This document shows positions 39,909 through 51,978 of a stretch of DNA of 64,000 nucleotides, piece after piece. The stretch is taken from NCBI GenBank assembly GCA_963849105.1, contig CAWKGD010000001.1, forward strand, positions 122,719-186,718, in the 5' to 3' direction. The notes beneath the pieces were generated by a model. The model was not told the origin of the DNA, did not search any database, and saw only the letters and a program-made list of their open reading frames with translations. Positions within the stretch are counted from its first letter, which is position 1; each line of letters begins with the position of its first letter. Source of the stretch: an uncultured Acidimicrobiaceae bacterium. GTDB taxonomy: Bacteria; Actinomycetota; Acidimicrobiia; Acidimicrobiales; Bog-793. Position numbers and translations under genes: made by a program.

Positions 39909-40726
39909 AGCCTCTCGGCAACCCCAGCCACGATGCGGGCCAGTGCCGGGGCGGCGGCGGCTCCCGCGGCGAGCACCTCGGCGTGGTCGAGCGGGGTGTG
40001 GGACACCCCCGCCGCCAGATTCGAGACGAGCGAGATGCCCAGGACTTCGGCCCCCAAGTGCCGGGCCGCGATCGCTTCGAGCGTCGTCGACATGCCGACG
40101 AGATCGGCACCGAGCGCGCGCAGCATCGTGATCTCGGCCGGCGTTTCGTAGCTCGGGCCGAGCAGCCCGGCGTAGACGCCCTCGGCGAGTGACGGGTCAA
40201 CTTCGCGGGCGAGGCGGCGCAGACGCTCCGGGTATAGCGTGGTCAGGTCGACAAAGCGCGGACCGAGCTTTTCAGGCGGCGGCGGGCCGGTGAGCGGGTT
40301 CCGTCCGGTGAGGTTCAGCTGGTCGCGGATCAGCACCCGCTGGCCGGGGTGCATCTGCGGGTCGAGGCCGCCCGCCGCGTTCGTGAGGATCACCACGGGG
40401 GCGCCCGCCAGCACGGCGACGCGAACAGGGTGGACGACCTCGGCTTCCGTGCGCCCTTCATAGAGGTGATTGCGGCCGAGCAGCACGAGGATACGGCGGT
40501 CGCCGACCTCGAGGGAGCGGAGCTCGCCGTGGTGGCCGGCGACGGTCGGGGTGGCGAACCCGGGCAATTCGGACGTCGAAACCGAAACGAGCGTCTTGCC
40601 GAGGGCGTCGGCAGCCGGCAGCCAGCCGGAACCGAGGACAACAGCGGCGACGTGTTCGGCGCCGCCGGTTCGCTTGGAAAGTGTTGCCGCCGCCTCCGCG
40701 GCGAGCGCGTACGGATCGTCGGACAT
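39905..40726 (-). CDS. punA: Purine-nucleoside phosphorylase (trimeric type)
   Basis: VLGSG, GR-x-[20 protein letters not shown] and VGMST motifs. Confidence 0.93.
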   Translation of the reverse strand: MSDDPYALAAEAAATLSKRTGGAEHVAAVVLGSGWLPAADALGKTLVSVSTSELPGFATPTVAGHHGELRSLEVGDRRILVLLGRNHLYEGRTEAEVVHPVRVAVLAGAPVVILTNAAGGLDPQMHPGQRVLIRDQLNLTGRNPLTGPPPPEKLGPRFVDLTTLYPERLRRLAREVDPSLAEGVYAGLLGPSYETPAEITMLRALGADLVGMSTTLEAIAARHLGAEVLGISLVSNLAAGVSHTPLDHAEVLAAGAAAAPALARIVAGVAERL

Positions 40727-40878
40727 CGTCGCCGAAGCTAGCTTTTCGGCGCGCCGCGGTTCCCGCTAACAGGAACGTTCGTGCCCTCCGTCTTGCTCGT
40801 CGTCTGCTGTCGAGGGAAGCTGACCTTGGGGTTCACCCGGCGCGACCGCACCGGTTGGACGACGGGAGCTGGGGAGCG

Positions 40879-41721
40879 ATGCCAGAGATCGTGAACGTCG
40901 GCCTCGTCCAACACCACTGGACGGGAGACAAGGCCTCGATGATCGAGGCGAATGTCGCGATGGCTCGCGATGCGGCCGCGCAGGGGGCGCAGGTCGTGTG
41001 CTTCCAGGAGCTCTTCTACGGGCCGTACTTCTGCCAGGTACAAGAGACCGAGTACTACTCGTTCGCGGAGCGCGTCCCCGACGGACCGACGACGAAGCTG
41101 ATGACCGATCTCGCCCGCGAGCTGAAGATGGTCCTCGTCGTCCCGGTCTACGAAGAAGAGATGCCGGGCGAGCTTTACAACACGGCCTTTGTGATCGACG
41201 CCGACGGCAGCTACCTCGGCAAGTATCGCAAGCACCACATTCCACAGGTGCAGGGCTTCTGGGAGAAGTTCTATTTTCGCCCGGGCAACCTCGGGTACCC
41301 GGTCTTCAACACGTCCGTCGGGCCGGTCGGCGTCTATATCTGCTACGACCGTCATTTCCCCGAAGGCTGGCGCGCCCTCGGCCTCGGCGGCGCCCGCATC
41401 GTCTTCAACCCCTCGGCGACGAGCCGCAGCCTGTCGCAATACCTCTGGCAACTCGAACAGCCAGCCGCCGCCGTCGCGAACCAGTACTTCGTCGCGGCGA
41501 TCAACCGTGTCGGCCAAGAGCCGCTCGGCGACGACGACTTCTACGGCACCTCGTATATCGTCAACCCGCGCGGCCAGCTCGTCGGCGACGCGGCGTCCGA
41601 CGTGAAAGACGAAGTCATCGTGCGTGCCTGCGACATGTCGATGCTCGAGGAGGTCCGCAGATTGTGGGCCTTTTACCGCGATCGCCGGCCCGACTCCTAC
41701 GAGTCGCTCTGTCAGGACTGA
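40879..41721 (+). CDS. Nitrilase-family C-N hydrolase, probable beta-ureidopropionase
   Basis: Catalytic E (FQELF), K (YRKHHIP) and C (ICYDRH); adjacent to hydA. Confidence 0.9.
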   Translation: MPEIVNVGLVQHHWTGDKASMIEANVAMARDAAAQGAQVVCFQELFYGPYFCQVQETEYYSFAERVPDGPTTKLMTDLARELKMVLVVPVYEEEMPGELYNTAFVIDADGSYLGKYRKHHIPQVQGFWEKFYFRPGNLGYPVFNTSVGPVGVYICYDRHFPEGWRALGLGGARIVFNPSATSRSLSQYLWQLEQPAAAVANQYFVAAINRVGQEPLGDDDFYGTSYIVNPRGQLVGDAASDVKDEVIVRACDMSMLEEVRRLWAFYRDRRPDSYESLCQD

Positions 41722-41730
41722 GGAGCGAAC

Positions 41731-43134
41731 GTGCGCACACACATCGCGAACGGGGCGGTCGTCAGCGCGACCGGGACGACGAGCATGGACGTGCTCATCG
41801 AGGACGAGCGCATCGCCGCCGTCGCATCTCCGGGATCGGAGATCTCCGTGGCCTTTGCGAACGGCGCCGATCGGCGCATCGACGCCACCGGGAAGCTCGT
41901 CATTCCGGGCGGGATCGACGTGCACACCCACTTCGACATGCCCTTTGGGGGCACGATGTCGAATGACACCTTCGAGTCGGGGACGACCGCCGCGGCGTTC
42001 GGCGGGACGACCACGATCATCGACTTCGCCATCCAAAGCAAAGGGCACAGCCTGCGCGAAGGGTTGGACGTCTGGTTCGAGAAGGCGTCGGGAAGCTGCG
42101 CGATCGACTACGGCTTCCACATGATCGTCAGCCAGGTCGACGAGCGGTCGTTGAAGGAGATGGACCTGCTCGTCGACGAGGGCATCACAAGCTTCAAGCT
42201 CTTCATGGCCTATCCCGGCGTCCTGTACTCGACCGACGGCGAGATCTTCCAAGCGATGCAGAAAGCCGCGTCGAATGGCGCGACGATCATGATGCATGCC
42301 GAGAACGGCATCGCGATCGACGTGCTTGTTGCGCAGGCGCTGTCGCGCGGCGAGACCGATCCGAAGTACCACGCGATAACACGTCCTGCTGAACTCGAGG
42401 GTGAGGCCGCGTTTCGTGCGATCCAGCTCGCGCGCGTCGCCGGATCGCCGCTTTACATCGTCCACCTCACGGCGATGCAGGCGCTCGCCGCGGTCACCCA
42501 GGCCCGCGACGAAGGCTTGAACGTTTTTGCGGAGACCTGTCCGCAGTACCTGTTCCTCTCCGACGAAGAACTCGCAAGGCCGGACTTCGAGGGCGCGAAG
42601 TACGTCTGCTCACCGCCGCTCCGTCCGAAAGAGCATCACGCAGCGTTGTGGCGGGGCCTGCGGACAAACGACCTGTCGGTCGTCTCGACCGACCATTGCC
42701 CGTTCTGCTTCAAGGGGCAGAAAGATCTCGGACGTGGCGACTTCACGAAGATCCCGAACGGCCTTCCTGTCGTCGAGAACCGGATGGAGCTCATCTACCA
42801 AGGGGTCGTTCGCGGTGAGATCACGACGCCGCGCTGGGTGGAAATCTGTGCGACGACGCCGGCGCGCATGTTCGGCCTCTATCCGAAAAAAGGTGTGATC
42901 CAAGCCGGGTCGGACGCCGACATCGTCGTCTACGACCCGGACGCGACCCACGTCATCTCGGCGTCGACCCACCATATGCGCGTCGACTACTCGTTGTTCG
43001 AAGGACTCCAGGTGACGGGCCAAGTCGAGACGGTGCTCTCACGGGGCGAGATCGTGATCGACAACGGCACTTTCACCGGGCACAAGGGCCGAGGACAGTA
43101 CCTCGAGCGGGGAACGAACCAGTACCTGCTATGA
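41731..43134 (+). CDS. hydA: Dihydropyrimidinase
   Basis: GGIDVHTH, SFKLFMAY, MHAENG and STDHCPF motifs. Confidence 0.94.
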   Translation: MRTHIANGAVVSATGTTSMDVLIEDERIAAVASPGSEISVAFANGADRRIDATGKLVIPGGIDVHTHFDMPFGGTMSNDTFESGTTAAAFGGTTTIIDFAIQSKGHSLREGLDVWFEKASGSCAIDYGFHMIVSQVDERSLKEMDLLVDEGITSFKLFMAYPGVLYSTDGEIFQAMQKAASNGATIMMHAENGIAIDVLVAQALSRGETDPKYHAITRPAELEGEAAFRAIQLARVAGSPLYIVHLTAMQALAAVTQARDEGLNVFAETCPQYLFLSDEELARPDFEGAKYVCSPPLRPKEHHAALWRGLRTNDLSVVSTDHCPFCFKGQKDLGRGDFTKIPNGLPVVENRMELIYQGVVRGEITTPRWVEICATTPARMFGLYPKKGVIQAGSDADIVVYDPDATHVISASTHHMRVDYSLFEGLQVTGQVETVLSRGEIVIDNGTFTGHKGRGQYLERGTNQYLL

Positions 43135-43185
43135 GGAGCTCACGCGTCCGGCGCGCGCGTTCAGTGGCGGGCTGAGGAGGTCGAG

Positions 43186-44184
43186 ATGGAACTCGGTCTT
43201 GTCTTGCAAACCGACCCACCGGCGAGTCGTCTCGTCGAACTCGCTCGCCGCGCCGAGGAGGCAGGGTTCACCCACCTTTGGACATTCGACTCGCACATTT
43301 TGTGGCAGGAGCCGTTTGTCATCTATTCGCGCATTCTGGGGGCGACCGAGTCGATCATCGTCGGTCCGATGGTGACGAACCCGTTGACGCGGGACCCGAC
43401 GGTGACTGCGTCGTTGTTCGCGACGCTGAACGACATGTACGGCAACCGGACGGTGTGCGGGATCGGCCGCGGCGACTCGGCGGTGCGTGTTCGCGGCGGC
43501 ACGCCGGCGACCCTCGGCACGCTCGAGGGCGCCATCGAGACGATCCGGGCGCTCGCGAACGGCGCGGAGATCGAACTTCGTGGCACGTCCGTCCGGATCC
43601 CTTGGGTGAAGGGCGGCTTCCTCGAGGTTTGGATGGCCGCCTACGGCCCGAAGGCCCTCGACCTCGCTGGACGGGTCGCAGACGGCCTCATCCTGCAGCT
43701 CGCCGACCCCTATCTCGTCGAATGGTCGGTCCGCCACGCCCGCGAGGCACACGACACGTCGGCGCGCGCTGATCTGCCGTTCACGGTCTGTGCCGCCGCG
43801 CCCGCCTACGTCGGGGACGACGTCGCCCACCAGCGCGACCAGGTGCGCTGGTTCGGTGGGATGGTCGGCAACCACGTCGCCGATCTCGTCCGCCGCTACG
43901 GGGAGCGCTCGGACGCAGTCCCCGAAGCGCTCACCGCGTACGTCAAAGCGCGGCCCGACTATGACTACGCCCACCACGGCAGGGCGGGGAATCCCTCGAC
44001 AGATTTCGTGCCCGACAGCATCGTCGACCGCTTCTGTCTCCTCGGCGATTCGGCGGCGCACATCGCGAAGCTCGAGGAGCTCGCCTCGCTCGGCGTCGAT
44101 CATTTTGCGATGTACCTGATGCACGATGCGGAGGACGCCACGTTGGAGGCGTATGCGAACGACGTGATCCCCCATTTCGCGTGA
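43186..44184 (+). CDS. LLM-class, probably F420-dependent oxidoreductase (TIGR03842-like)
   Basis: [30 protein letters not shown] and WFGGMVGNH motifs. Confidence 0.85.
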   Translation: MELGLVLQTDPPASRLVELARRAEEAGFTHLWTFDSHILWQEPFVIYSRILGATESIIVGPMVTNPLTRDPTVTASLFATLNDMYGNRTVCGIGRGDSAVRVRGGTPATLGTLEGAIETIRALANGAEIELRGTSVRIPWVKGGFLEVWMAAYGPKALDLAGRVADGLILQLADPYLVEWSVRHAREAHDTSARADLPFTVCAAAPAYVGDDVAHQRDQVRWFGGMVGNHVADLVRRYGERSDAVPEALTAYVKARPDYDYAHHGRAGNPSTDFVPDSIVDRFCLLGDSAAHIAKLEELASLGVDHFAMYLMHDAEDATLEAYANDVIPHFA

Positions 44185-44206
44185 ACGTGATCCTCGGAAG
44201 GCGTCG

Positions 44207-45703
44207 ATGATCGAGCACGAAGTACGCGTCCACCGGAGCGCCGACGCGTTCCCGCGCGAGGAGGAGCTCGCCTGGCAGCTCGCAGAGGTCGCGACCGATC
44301 CCGTCCCGATCGACGCCGACGTTTCGGAGATGATCATCAACCGGGTCATCGACAACGCCGGCGTCGCAGCTGCGGCGTTGGACCGGCTCCCCGTCGCGAG
44401 CGCGCGCTCGCAAGCGCTCGCGCATCCCTACGCGCCCGGATCGACGATCTTTGGTCTCGCGCTCTCTCGGCGCGTCTCGCCGGAGTGGGCGGCATGGGCG
44501 AACGGCGTCGCGGTGCGAGAGCTCGACTTTCACGACACCTTCCTCGCAAAGGAGTACTCGCACCCGGCGGACAACATTTCGCCGCTAATCGCCGTCGCGC
44601 AGCAAAAGGGGATCGCTGGTGCAGAGCTCGTCGCAGCGATCACCACCGCCTACGAGGTGCAGGTCGACTTGTCGAAGGCGATCTCTTTGCATGAGCACTC
44701 GATCGATCATGTCGCGCACCTGGGACCCTCGGTCGCGGCTGGTCTCGGCACGTTGCTCCGCCTGCCGACCGAGGTCGTCTACCAGGCGATCAACCAGTCC
44801 TTGCACGTGACGACCGCCACCCGCCAATCGAGGAAGGGCCAGATCTCGAGCTGGAAGGCGTACGCGCCGGCGTTTGCGGCGAAGGTGGCGATCGAGGCGG
44901 TCGACCGGGCGATGCGCGGCGAGACCTCTCCGGCGCCTATATATGAAGGTGAGGACGCCGTGATCGCGGTGCTGCTCGACGGCCCGGAGGCTCGTTATCG
45001 TGTGCCGCTGCCTGGTCCTGGCGAGCCGAAGCGGGCGATCCTCGAGACGTACACGAAGGCACATTCGGCGGAGTACCAGGCCCAGGCGCTCATCGATCTT
45101 GCATTCAGAATCCGCGAGCGCATCCCGGACATTTCCAAGGTCGAAAGCATCCTCATCGAGACGAGTCACCACACCGACAAGGTGATCGGTTCGGGCGCGA
45201 ACGACCCGCAGAAGTACGACCCCTCGGCGTCGCGTGAAACCCTCGACCACTCGATCATGTACATCTTCGCCGTTGCGCTCGAGGACGGGACCTTTCACTA
45301 CGAGTCGTCGTACACTCCGGCGCGCGCCAGGCGTGCGTCGACAGTCGAGCTTTGGCGGAAGGTCTCGACGGTCGAAGACCCGCGTTGGACGGAGCGCTAC
45401 CACACCGCCGATCCGGCACAAAAGGCCTTCGGCGGACGCGTCGTCGTCCGCCTGCTCGACGGCTCAGAGCTCAGCGACGAAATCGCCGTCGCCGACGCGC
45501 ACCCGCTGGGCGCCCATCCGTTCCGTCGCCCCGACTATGTAGAGAAGTTCCGCACGCTCGCAGAAGGGGTCGTCGCCGACGCCGAACAGGACCGCTTCCT
45601 TTCCCTCGCCGCTGCGCTCCCGACGGCATCGCCGGAGTCCGTCGCCGAACTCTCCTTCGTCGCCCCCGGGTGTGACGAAGGGCGCAGGAGCGGCATCTTC
45701 TGA
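44207..45703 (+). CDS. prpD: 2-methylcitrate dehydratase (MmgE/PrpD)
   Basis: [22 protein letters not shown] and ETLDHS motifs. Confidence 0.92.
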   Translation: MIEHEVRVHRSADAFPREEELAWQLAEVATDPVPIDADVSEMIINRVIDNAGVAAAALDRLPVASARSQALAHPYAPGSTIFGLALSRRVSPEWAAWANGVAVRELDFHDTFLAKEYSHPADNISPLIAVAQQKGIAGAELVAAITTAYEVQVDLSKAISLHEHSIDHVAHLGPSVAAGLGTLLRLPTEVVYQAINQSLHVTTATRQSRKGQISSWKAYAPAFAAKVAIEAVDRAMRGETSPAPIYEGEDAVIAVLLDGPEARYRVPLPGPGEPKRAILETYTKAHSAEYQAQALIDLAFRIRERIPDISKVESILIETSHHTDKVIGSGANDPQKYDPSASRETLDHSIMYIFAVALEDGTFHYESSYTPARARRASTVELWRKVSTVEDPRWTERYHTADPAQKAFGGRVVVRLLDGSELSDEIAVADAHPLGAHPFRRPDYVEKFRTLAEGVVADAEQDRFLSLAAALPTASPESVAELSFVAPGCDEGRRSGIF

Positions 45704-46611
45704 TGCTCGAGCATTCCCTTTCCGCGACGGACCGCCGCCGGGCGTTTCGCGCCGCGCTCTCGTCGGGTCGGTTGCTCGGTTTTCCTGGCGCGTTCAACGC
45801 GCTCGTCGCACGCACGATCGAAGCGCACGAATTTGACGGCGTCTACGTTTCCGGCGCCGTCGTTTCGGCGGCGTATGCGCTGCCGGACATCGGACTCACG
45901 AATCAGTCCGAAGTCGTAGACGCCTGCCGATCGATCGCCCGTTCCGTCGAACTCCCCGTCCTCGTCGACGCCGACACCGGCTTCGGCGAGCCGGCGAATG
46001 TCGCCCGGACGATCCAGCTGCTCGAAGACGCCGAGGCCGCCGGCTGCCATCTCGAGGACCAAGTGAACCCGAAGCGGTGCGGCCACCTCGACCACAAGGT
46101 GCTCGTCGGCCGAGAAGAAATGGCGCGGAAGCTCGCTGCCGCCGTACGGGCTCGCCGCGACGAGTCCTTCGTCATCTGTGCGCGCACCGACGCTGTGGCC
46201 GCGGAAGGCGTCGACGGCGCCATCGACAGGGCGCGCGCCTACGTCGATGCGGGCGCGGACATGATCTTTCCCGAGGCGCTCGCCGATAAATCAGAGTTCG
46301 AGCGCTTCCGCAAGGCGATCGACGTGCCGCTGCTCGCGAATATGACGGAGTTCGGAAAGTCGGAGCTGCTGTCGAGAAATACTCTCGAAGAACTCGGGAT
46401 GAACCTCGTCATCTATCCCGTCACGCTGCTCAGGATCGCGATGGGGGCCGTCGAACGGGCGTTGTCTGTGATCCAAAAAGACGGCACCCAAGCGGGGATC
46501 GTGGACGAGATGCAAACGCGGGCGCGCCTGTACGAGATCATCGACTACGCCGGCTACGCGGCCTTCGATGAATCGGTCTTCAATTTCACCGTCGAGACGA
46601 AAGGGAACTGA
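45703..46611 (+). CDS. prpB: Methylisocitrate lyase
   Basis: DADTGFG, KRCGH and ANMTEFGK motifs. Confidence 0.94.
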   Translation: MLEHSLSATDRRRAFRAALSSGRLLGFPGAFNALVARTIEAHEFDGVYVSGAVVSAAYALPDIGLTNQSEVVDACRSIARSVELPVLVDADTGFGEPANVARTIQLLEDAEAAGCHLEDQVNPKRCGHLDHKVLVGREEMARKLAAAVRARRDESFVICARTDAVAAEGVDGAIDRARAYVDAGADMIFPEALADKSEFERFRKAIDVPLLANMTEFGKSELLSRNTLEELGMNLVIYPVTLLRIAMGAVERALSVIQKDGTQAGIVDEMQTRARLYEIIDYAGYAAFDESVFNFTVETKGN

Positions 46612-46612
46612 T

Positions 46613-47731
46613 GTGACGGAGCAAACAAGCGACATCAGGAGGGGTCTCGTCGGGGTCGTCGCCGACGAGACGGCGATATCGATGGTGAACGAGGAGACGA
46701 ACTCGCTTCTTTATCGCGGTTACCCGGTGCAAGACCTCGCCGCGTCGTGCAGCTTCGAGCAGGTCGCGTATTTGATCTGGCACGGGGAGTTACCGAAGCC
46801 CGAGGAACTCGAGCGATTCACCCACGACGAGCGCGCCCGGCGCGAGGTCCCCCAGCGGATCTTGGAGACGCTTTCAACGCTGCCGACGGATTGCCACCCG
46901 ATGGACGTGATGCGCTCGGCGGTGAGCCTTTTCGGCGCGTTCGACCCCGAGGAGGACAACTCCTCGTTCGAGGCAAATTTGGGTAAGTCGCTCGCGATGG
47001 CGGCGAAGCTGCCGACGATCGTCGCCTTCGAGCAGCGCCGCCGGCGCGGCGAAAAGGCGATCCCGCCCGACGAAGGTCTGTCGTACGCGGAGAACTTCTT
47101 CCATATGTGCTTCGGGGAGGTGCCGGACAAGGAGGTCATTTCGGCGTTCGAGGTGTCGATGATCCTCTACGCGGAGCATTCCTTCAACGCCTCGACGTTC
47201 ACCGCCCGCGTCATCACCTCGACGCTGTCCGACATCTACTCGGCGGTCACCGGCGCGATCGGCGCACTGAAGGGACCCCTGCACGGCGGCGCGAACGAAG
47301 CGGTGATGGTGATGCTCGAAGAGATCGGCGACCCCGAAAACGCCCAGGCTTGGCTCCAAGGTGCCCTCGCGAACAAGCGCAAGATCATGGGATTCGGCCA
47401 CCGTGTCTACAAGCACGGCGACTCGCGTGTCCCGACGATGCGCGCATCGCTCGAGCGGCTCGCGAAGCTGAAGGGCGCCGACGACCTGATGGCGCTCTAT
47501 GTGAACCTCGAGCGGGCGATGATCGAGGAGAAGGCGATCCACCCGAACCTCGACTTCCCCTCCGGTCCTGCCTACCACCTGATGGGTTTCGACACCCAGA
47601 TGTTCACGCCGATCTTCGTGATGAGCCGCATCACCGGCTGGACCGCCCACGTGATGGAGCAGCTTCAGAAGAACGCGCTCATCCGGCCCTTGTCGGCGTA
47701 CGTCGGTCCGCCCGAGCGACGACTCAGCTGA
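46613..47731 (+). CDS. prpC: 2-methylcitrate synthase
   Basis: [24 protein letters not shown] and NLDF motifs; located in the prp operon. Confidence 0.92.
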   Translation: MTEQTSDIRRGLVGVVADETAISMVNEETNSLLYRGYPVQDLAASCSFEQVAYLIWHGELPKPEELERFTHDERARREVPQRILETLSTLPTDCHPMDVMRSAVSLFGAFDPEEDNSSFEANLGKSLAMAAKLPTIVAFEQRRRRGEKAIPPDEGLSYAENFFHMCFGEVPDKEVISAFEVSMILYAEHSFNASTFTARVITSTLSDIYSAVTGAIGALKGPLHGGANEAVMVMLEEIGDPENAQAWLQGALANKRKIMGFGHRVYKHGDSRVPTMRASLERLAKLKGADDLMALYVNLERAMIEEKAIHPNLDFPSGPAYHLMGFDTQMFTPIFVMSRITGWTAHVMEQLQKNALIRPLSAYVGPPERRLS

Positions 47732-47742
47732 GGTCGACGCAC

Positions 47743-49416
47743 GTGGCAAAGGCGCCCGTCCACGCCGGCCCCCGGCCGGTGCGGGCTCCGCGGGGGACAA
47801 AACGCAGCTGTCGGGGCTGGCCGCAAGAGGCCGCGTTGCGGATGTTGATGAACAACCTCGACCCCGAGGTCGCTGAGCACCCCGACGCACTCGTCGTCTA
47901 CGGGGGCTCGGGACGTGCGGCGCGTTCGTGGGACGCCTTCGATGCGATCGTTGCCGAACTCCGGCGTCTCGAGAACGACGAGACGTTGCTCGTCCAGTCC
48001 GGAAAGCCCGTCGGCGTCCTGCGTACCCACGAGTGGGCGCCGCGCGTGTTGATCGCGAACGCCAACCTCGTGCCGAAGTGGGCGACGCCTGAGGAGTTCC
48101 ACCGACTGGAAGCGGACGGTCTCACGATGTTCGGCCAGATGACGGCGGGATCGTGGATCTACATCGGCACCCAGGGGATCCTGCAGGGAACCTACGAGAC
48201 CTTCGCCGCCGCGGCCCAGCACTTTGATGGGAGCCTGCGCGGGACGCTGACGCTCACCGCCGGTCTCGGCGGCATGGGGGGCGCGCAGCCCCTCGCCGTG
48301 ACGATGAACGAGGGCGTCGTGCTCTGCATCGAGTGCGACCCGAGTCGCGTCGCCAGGCGGCTCGAGACGCGCTATTTGGACGAGGCGGCGGACGATCTGG
48401 AGGACGCGGTGGGACGGGTGGTCGCCGCGAAGGGCGAGGGCCGCCCGCTCTCGGTCGGCGTCGTCGCGAACGCCGCCGAAGCGTTGCCGGCGCTGTTATC
48501 GATGGGCGTCGAGGCGGATCTCGTCACCGACCAGACGTCGGCGCACGACCCGTTGCAGTACCTGCCGGTCGGGGTCGAGTTCGCTGAGATGGCCGAAGTA
48601 CGCGGGAAGGATCCCGACGGTTTCATTGCCCGGGCGCGCGAGTCGATCGCGGCGCACGTCGAGGCGATGGTCGGCTACCTAGACCGCGGCGCCGAAGTCT
48701 TCGACTACGGGAACTCGATCCGCGCCGAAGCCGAGCTCGGCGGTTACGGGCGCGCCTTCGCCTTCGAGGGATTCGTGCCGAAGTACATCCGGCCGCTGTT
48801 CTGCGAGGGCAAGGGCCCCTTCCGCTGGGCGGCGCTGTCGGGGGATCCGAAGGACATCGCGACGACCGACGACGCGATCGTCGAACTGTTCCCCGAGAAT
48901 GAGGCACTCGCACGATGGATCCGCATGGCGCGCGAGCGCGTCGCATTTCAGGGGCTGCCGGCGCGCATCTGCTGGCTCGGCTACGGCGAGCGTGATCGCG
49001 CCGGGCTCGAGTTCAACGCCCTCGTGCGCAACGGCGCGATCAAGGCGCCGATCGTGATCGGACGCGACCATCTCGATGCCGGCTCGGTCGCCTCGCCCTA
49101 TCGCGAAACCGAAGCGATGACGGACGGTTCGGACGCGATCGCCGACTGGCCGCTTTTGAACGCGCTCGCGTCGACGTCTTCGGGGGCGGCGTGGGTTTCC
49201 ATCCATTCCGGCGGCGGCGTCGGTGTCGGGCGGTCGATCCACGCCGGGCAGGTCACCGTCGCTGACGGCACCGAGTTCGCCGCGGAGAAACTCGAGCGCG
49301 TGCTGTCGAACGACCCGTTGTTGGGCGTGTTGCGCCACGCCGACGCCGGCTATGCACTCGCCCGCGAAGTCGCATCGGCCCGGGGAATCCGCATCCCGAT
49401 GGACCGCGCCGAGTGA
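47743..49416 (+). CDS. hutU: Urocanate hydratase
   Basis: [28 protein letters not shown] and GRDHLD motifs. Confidence 0.95.
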   Translation: MAKAPVHAGPRPVRAPRGTKRSCRGWPQEAALRMLMNNLDPEVAEHPDALVVYGGSGRAARSWDAFDAIVAELRRLENDETLLVQSGKPVGVLRTHEWAPRVLIANANLVPKWATPEEFHRLEADGLTMFGQMTAGSWIYIGTQGILQGTYETFAAAAQHFDGSLRGTLTLTAGLGGMGGAQPLAVTMNEGVVLCIECDPSRVARRLETRYLDEAADDLEDAVGRVVAAKGEGRPLSVGVVANAAEALPALLSMGVEADLVTDQTSAHDPLQYLPVGVEFAEMAEVRGKDPDGFIARARESIAAHVEAMVGYLDRGAEVFDYGNSIRAEAELGGYGRAFAFEGFVPKYIRPLFCEGKGPFRWAALSGDPKDIATTDDAIVELFPENEALARWIRMARERVAFQGLPARICWLGYGERDRAGLEFNALVRNGAIKAPIVIGRDHLDAGSVASPYRETEAMTDGSDAIADWPLLNALASTSSGAAWVSIHSGGGVGVGRSIHAGQVTVADGTEFAAEKLERVLSNDPLLGVLRHADAGYALAREVASARGIRIPMDRAE

Positions 49417-49426
49417 GTCGCGGCAG

Positions 49427-50773
49427 GTGACGGTCTTTTGGTGCGAGCGAGCGCTGCTCGGCGAGCCGTCCGCCGGTCGCGTCGAGCCGGGCGTTCTCGT
49501 CGAGGAGACCGACCAGACGATCACGAAGATCGAGGTTGCGACCTCGGCGCCATCGGGGTCACGACGGCTTTTTGGCATCGTCGTCCCGGGGCTTTCGAAC
49601 AGCCACTCGCACAGCTTTCAACGCGCACTGCGCGGCGCCGTCGAACGGGACGGCGGCGACTTCTGGGCGTGGCGCGACGCGATGTACGCGCTCGCCGGCG
49701 CTCTCGAGCCGGATTCTTTCCGGGATCTCTGTGCGGCCACCTTCTCAGAGATGGTGCTCTCGGGCATAACGACGGTCGGCGAGTTCCACTACCTGCACCA
49801 CCGGCCCGGGGGCGCGCCGTACGCCGATCCAGACGCGATGACCGAAGCGCTCGTCGCCGCGGCGCGAACAGCGGGGATCCGCATGAGCGTCATCGACACG
49901 TGCTATCTGACGGGCGGGATCGGCCAACCGCTCGCCGGCACGCAGGCACGCTTTGGGGACGGCAGCGTTGAGCGCTGGATCCAACGAGTCGAGCGACTCG
50001 CGCCGAGCGAACAGGTACGGCTCTGCGCGGGCGTGCACAGCGTCCGCGCCCTTCTTCCCGAGGACATCGAAGGCGTCGCCAACTTCGCGCGGAAGCACTC
50101 GATCCCGTTGCACTTCCACCTTTCTGAGCAGCAACAGGAGAACGAGCAGTGCCTCGCCGCGTATGGACGCACACCGACCGAGCTCCTCGAGGATTGCGGC
50201 GCGCTGGACGCCGCGTCGGTCGCGGTACACGCGACCTTCGTCTCGGAGTCCGACATCGAGCGTCTCGGGTCGGCTGGCACCTCAGTCTGCCTGTGCCCTT
50301 CGACCGAGCAGGAGCTCGGTGACGGGGTCGCTCCCGCGGACGCGCTGCGCCGGGCGGGAAGTCCGCTCTGTGTCGGCTCGGACTCCAACGCGCAGATCGA
50401 TCCGTTCTTCGAGGCGCGGGCGATCGAACTCGGTGAGCGCCTTGTTAGCGGCCGACGCGCCATCACCGCTCCGGAGTTGCTGCTCGCGGCGGCGACCTCG
50501 CACGGCGCACGGGCCCTCGGCTGGCCCGAAGTTGGCGAGATCGCTGTTGGCGCTCGCTGCGACCTCGTCGCACTCGACGCGCGCTCGGTCCGTCTCGCCG
50601 GCGCGATGGAGGCGGATCCGGTGACCGCAGTCGTCTTCGCCGCGAGCGCCGCCGATGTGACCGACGTCGTCGTCGACGGTCGCACGGTCGTCGAGCAGCG
50701 GCATCACGTCGCGTGCGAGGAACCCGGGGCCGCGTTGTCGAGGGCGATCGATGCGTTGAGGCGCCGGGCGTGA
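49427..50773 (+). CDS. hutF: Formimidoylglutamate deiminase
   Basis: [27 protein letters not shown] and GSDS motifs. Confidence 0.9.
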   Translation: MTVFWCERALLGEPSAGRVEPGVLVEETDQTITKIEVATSAPSGSRRLFGIVVPGLSNSHSHSFQRALRGAVERDGGDFWAWRDAMYALAGALEPDSFRDLCAATFSEMVLSGITTVGEFHYLHHRPGGAPYADPDAMTEALVAAARTAGIRMSVIDTCYLTGGIGQPLAGTQARFGDGSVERWIQRVERLAPSEQVRLCAGVHSVRALLPEDIEGVANFARKHSIPLHFHLSEQQQENEQCLAAYGRTPTELLEDCGALDAASVAVHATFVSESDIERLGSAGTSVCLCPSTEQELGDGVAPADALRRAGSPLCVGSDSNAQIDPFFEARAIELGERLVSGRRAITAPELLLAAATSHGARALGWPEVGEIAVGARCDLVALDARSVRLAGAMEADPVTAVVFAASAADVTDVVVDGRTVVEQRHHVACEEPGAALSRAIDALRRRA

Positions 50774-51978
50774 GCGGCTCCATCGCAATCTCGCGCATCG
50801 GCCAACTCGTGACGAACGACCCCGAGCTCGGTCAAGGACCCCTCGGGGTGATCTCCGACGCGGCGGTCGTCGTCGAAAACGGCGTGATCGCGTACGTCGG
50901 CGCGTCGCGGACCGCGCCCGCTGCAGACGTCGAGATCCACGCGGGCGGGCGTTGTGTCCTTCCCGGATTCGTCGATTCCCACACCCATCTCGTCTTCGCG
51001 GGGGACCGGTCCGATGAATTCGCGGCGCGCATGTCCGGACGGCCGTACGCGACGGGAGGGATCTCCGAGACGGTCGAAACGACGCGTGCCGCGAGTGACT
51101 CGGTCCTGCTCGCGAATGCCCGTCGCTTGGTCGACGAAGCGGTCGCGCAAGGGACGACGACGATGGAGACGAAATCGGGATACGGACTCACGACAAAAGA
51201 CGAAGCCCGCTCGCTGCGGATCGCGGGACAATCTGTAGAGGAGGTGACGTTCCTCGGAGCGCACGTCGTACCCGATGAATACGCACACGACCGCGGTCGT
51301 TACGTCGCGCTCGTCGCCGGTGAAATGCTCGACGCGTGCGCACCGCTCGCGAAGTGGTGCGACGTGTTCTGCGATGACGGCGCATTCGACGAGGACGAGT
51401 CGGCACGCATCCTGGGGGCCGCCCGGGACAAAGGTCTCGGATTGCGCATCCACGCCAATCAGCTCGCCCCCGGACCCGGTGCGACGCTCGCGGCGCGCTT
51501 CGGCGCGGCATCCGCCGACCACCTGAACCACCTCCTGCCAGACGACATCGCCGCGCTGAGAGACGGCAACGTCGTGGCGACGCTCTGTCCGGGAGCCGAC
51601 TTCTCGACGAGGTCCCGCTACGCGGACGGGCGGGCACTGTTCGACGCCGGCGTGACCGTCGCCCTCGCGACCGATTGCAACCCGGGGACGAGCTTCACGA
51701 CCTCAATGCCGTTCGTCATCGCGCTCGCCGTGCGCGAGTGCGGGCTCAGTCCCGACGAGGCCGTCGCGGCCGCGACGGTCGGTGGGGCTCGGGCTCTGCG
51801 CAGGGACGACGTCGGACGGCTCGCGCCGGGATGCCGCGGCGACGTCGTCGTCCTCGACGCGCCGAACCACGTCCACCTCGCCTACCGCCCGGGTGTACGC
51901 CTCGTCGATGTCGTTGTCCGCAACGGTTCGGTCGTCTTCCCAGTGGATCGCCGAGAGGAGGCTGGCAGTGATGGCTGA
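50770..51978 (+). CDS. hutI: Imidazolonepropionase
   Basis: [20 protein letters not shown] and ATDCNPG motifs. Confidence 0.93.
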   Translation: MSGSIAISRIGQLVTNDPELGQGPLGVISDAAVVVENGVIAYVGASRTAPAADVEIHAGGRCVLPGFVDSHTHLVFAGDRSDEFAARMSGRPYATGGISETVETTRAASDSVLLANARRLVDEAVAQGTTTMETKSGYGLTTKDEARSLRIAGQSVEEVTFLGAHVVPDEYAHDRGRYVALVAGEMLDACAPLAKWCDVFCDDGAFDEDESARILGAARDKGLGLRIHANQLAPGPGATLAARFGAASADHLNHLLPDDIAALRDGNVVATLCPGADFSTRSRYADGRALFDAGVTVALATDCNPGTSFTTSMPFVIALAVRECGLSPDEAVAAATVGGARALRRDDVGRLAPGCRGDVVVLDAPNHVHLAYRPGVRLVDVVVRNGSVVFPVDRREEAGSDG

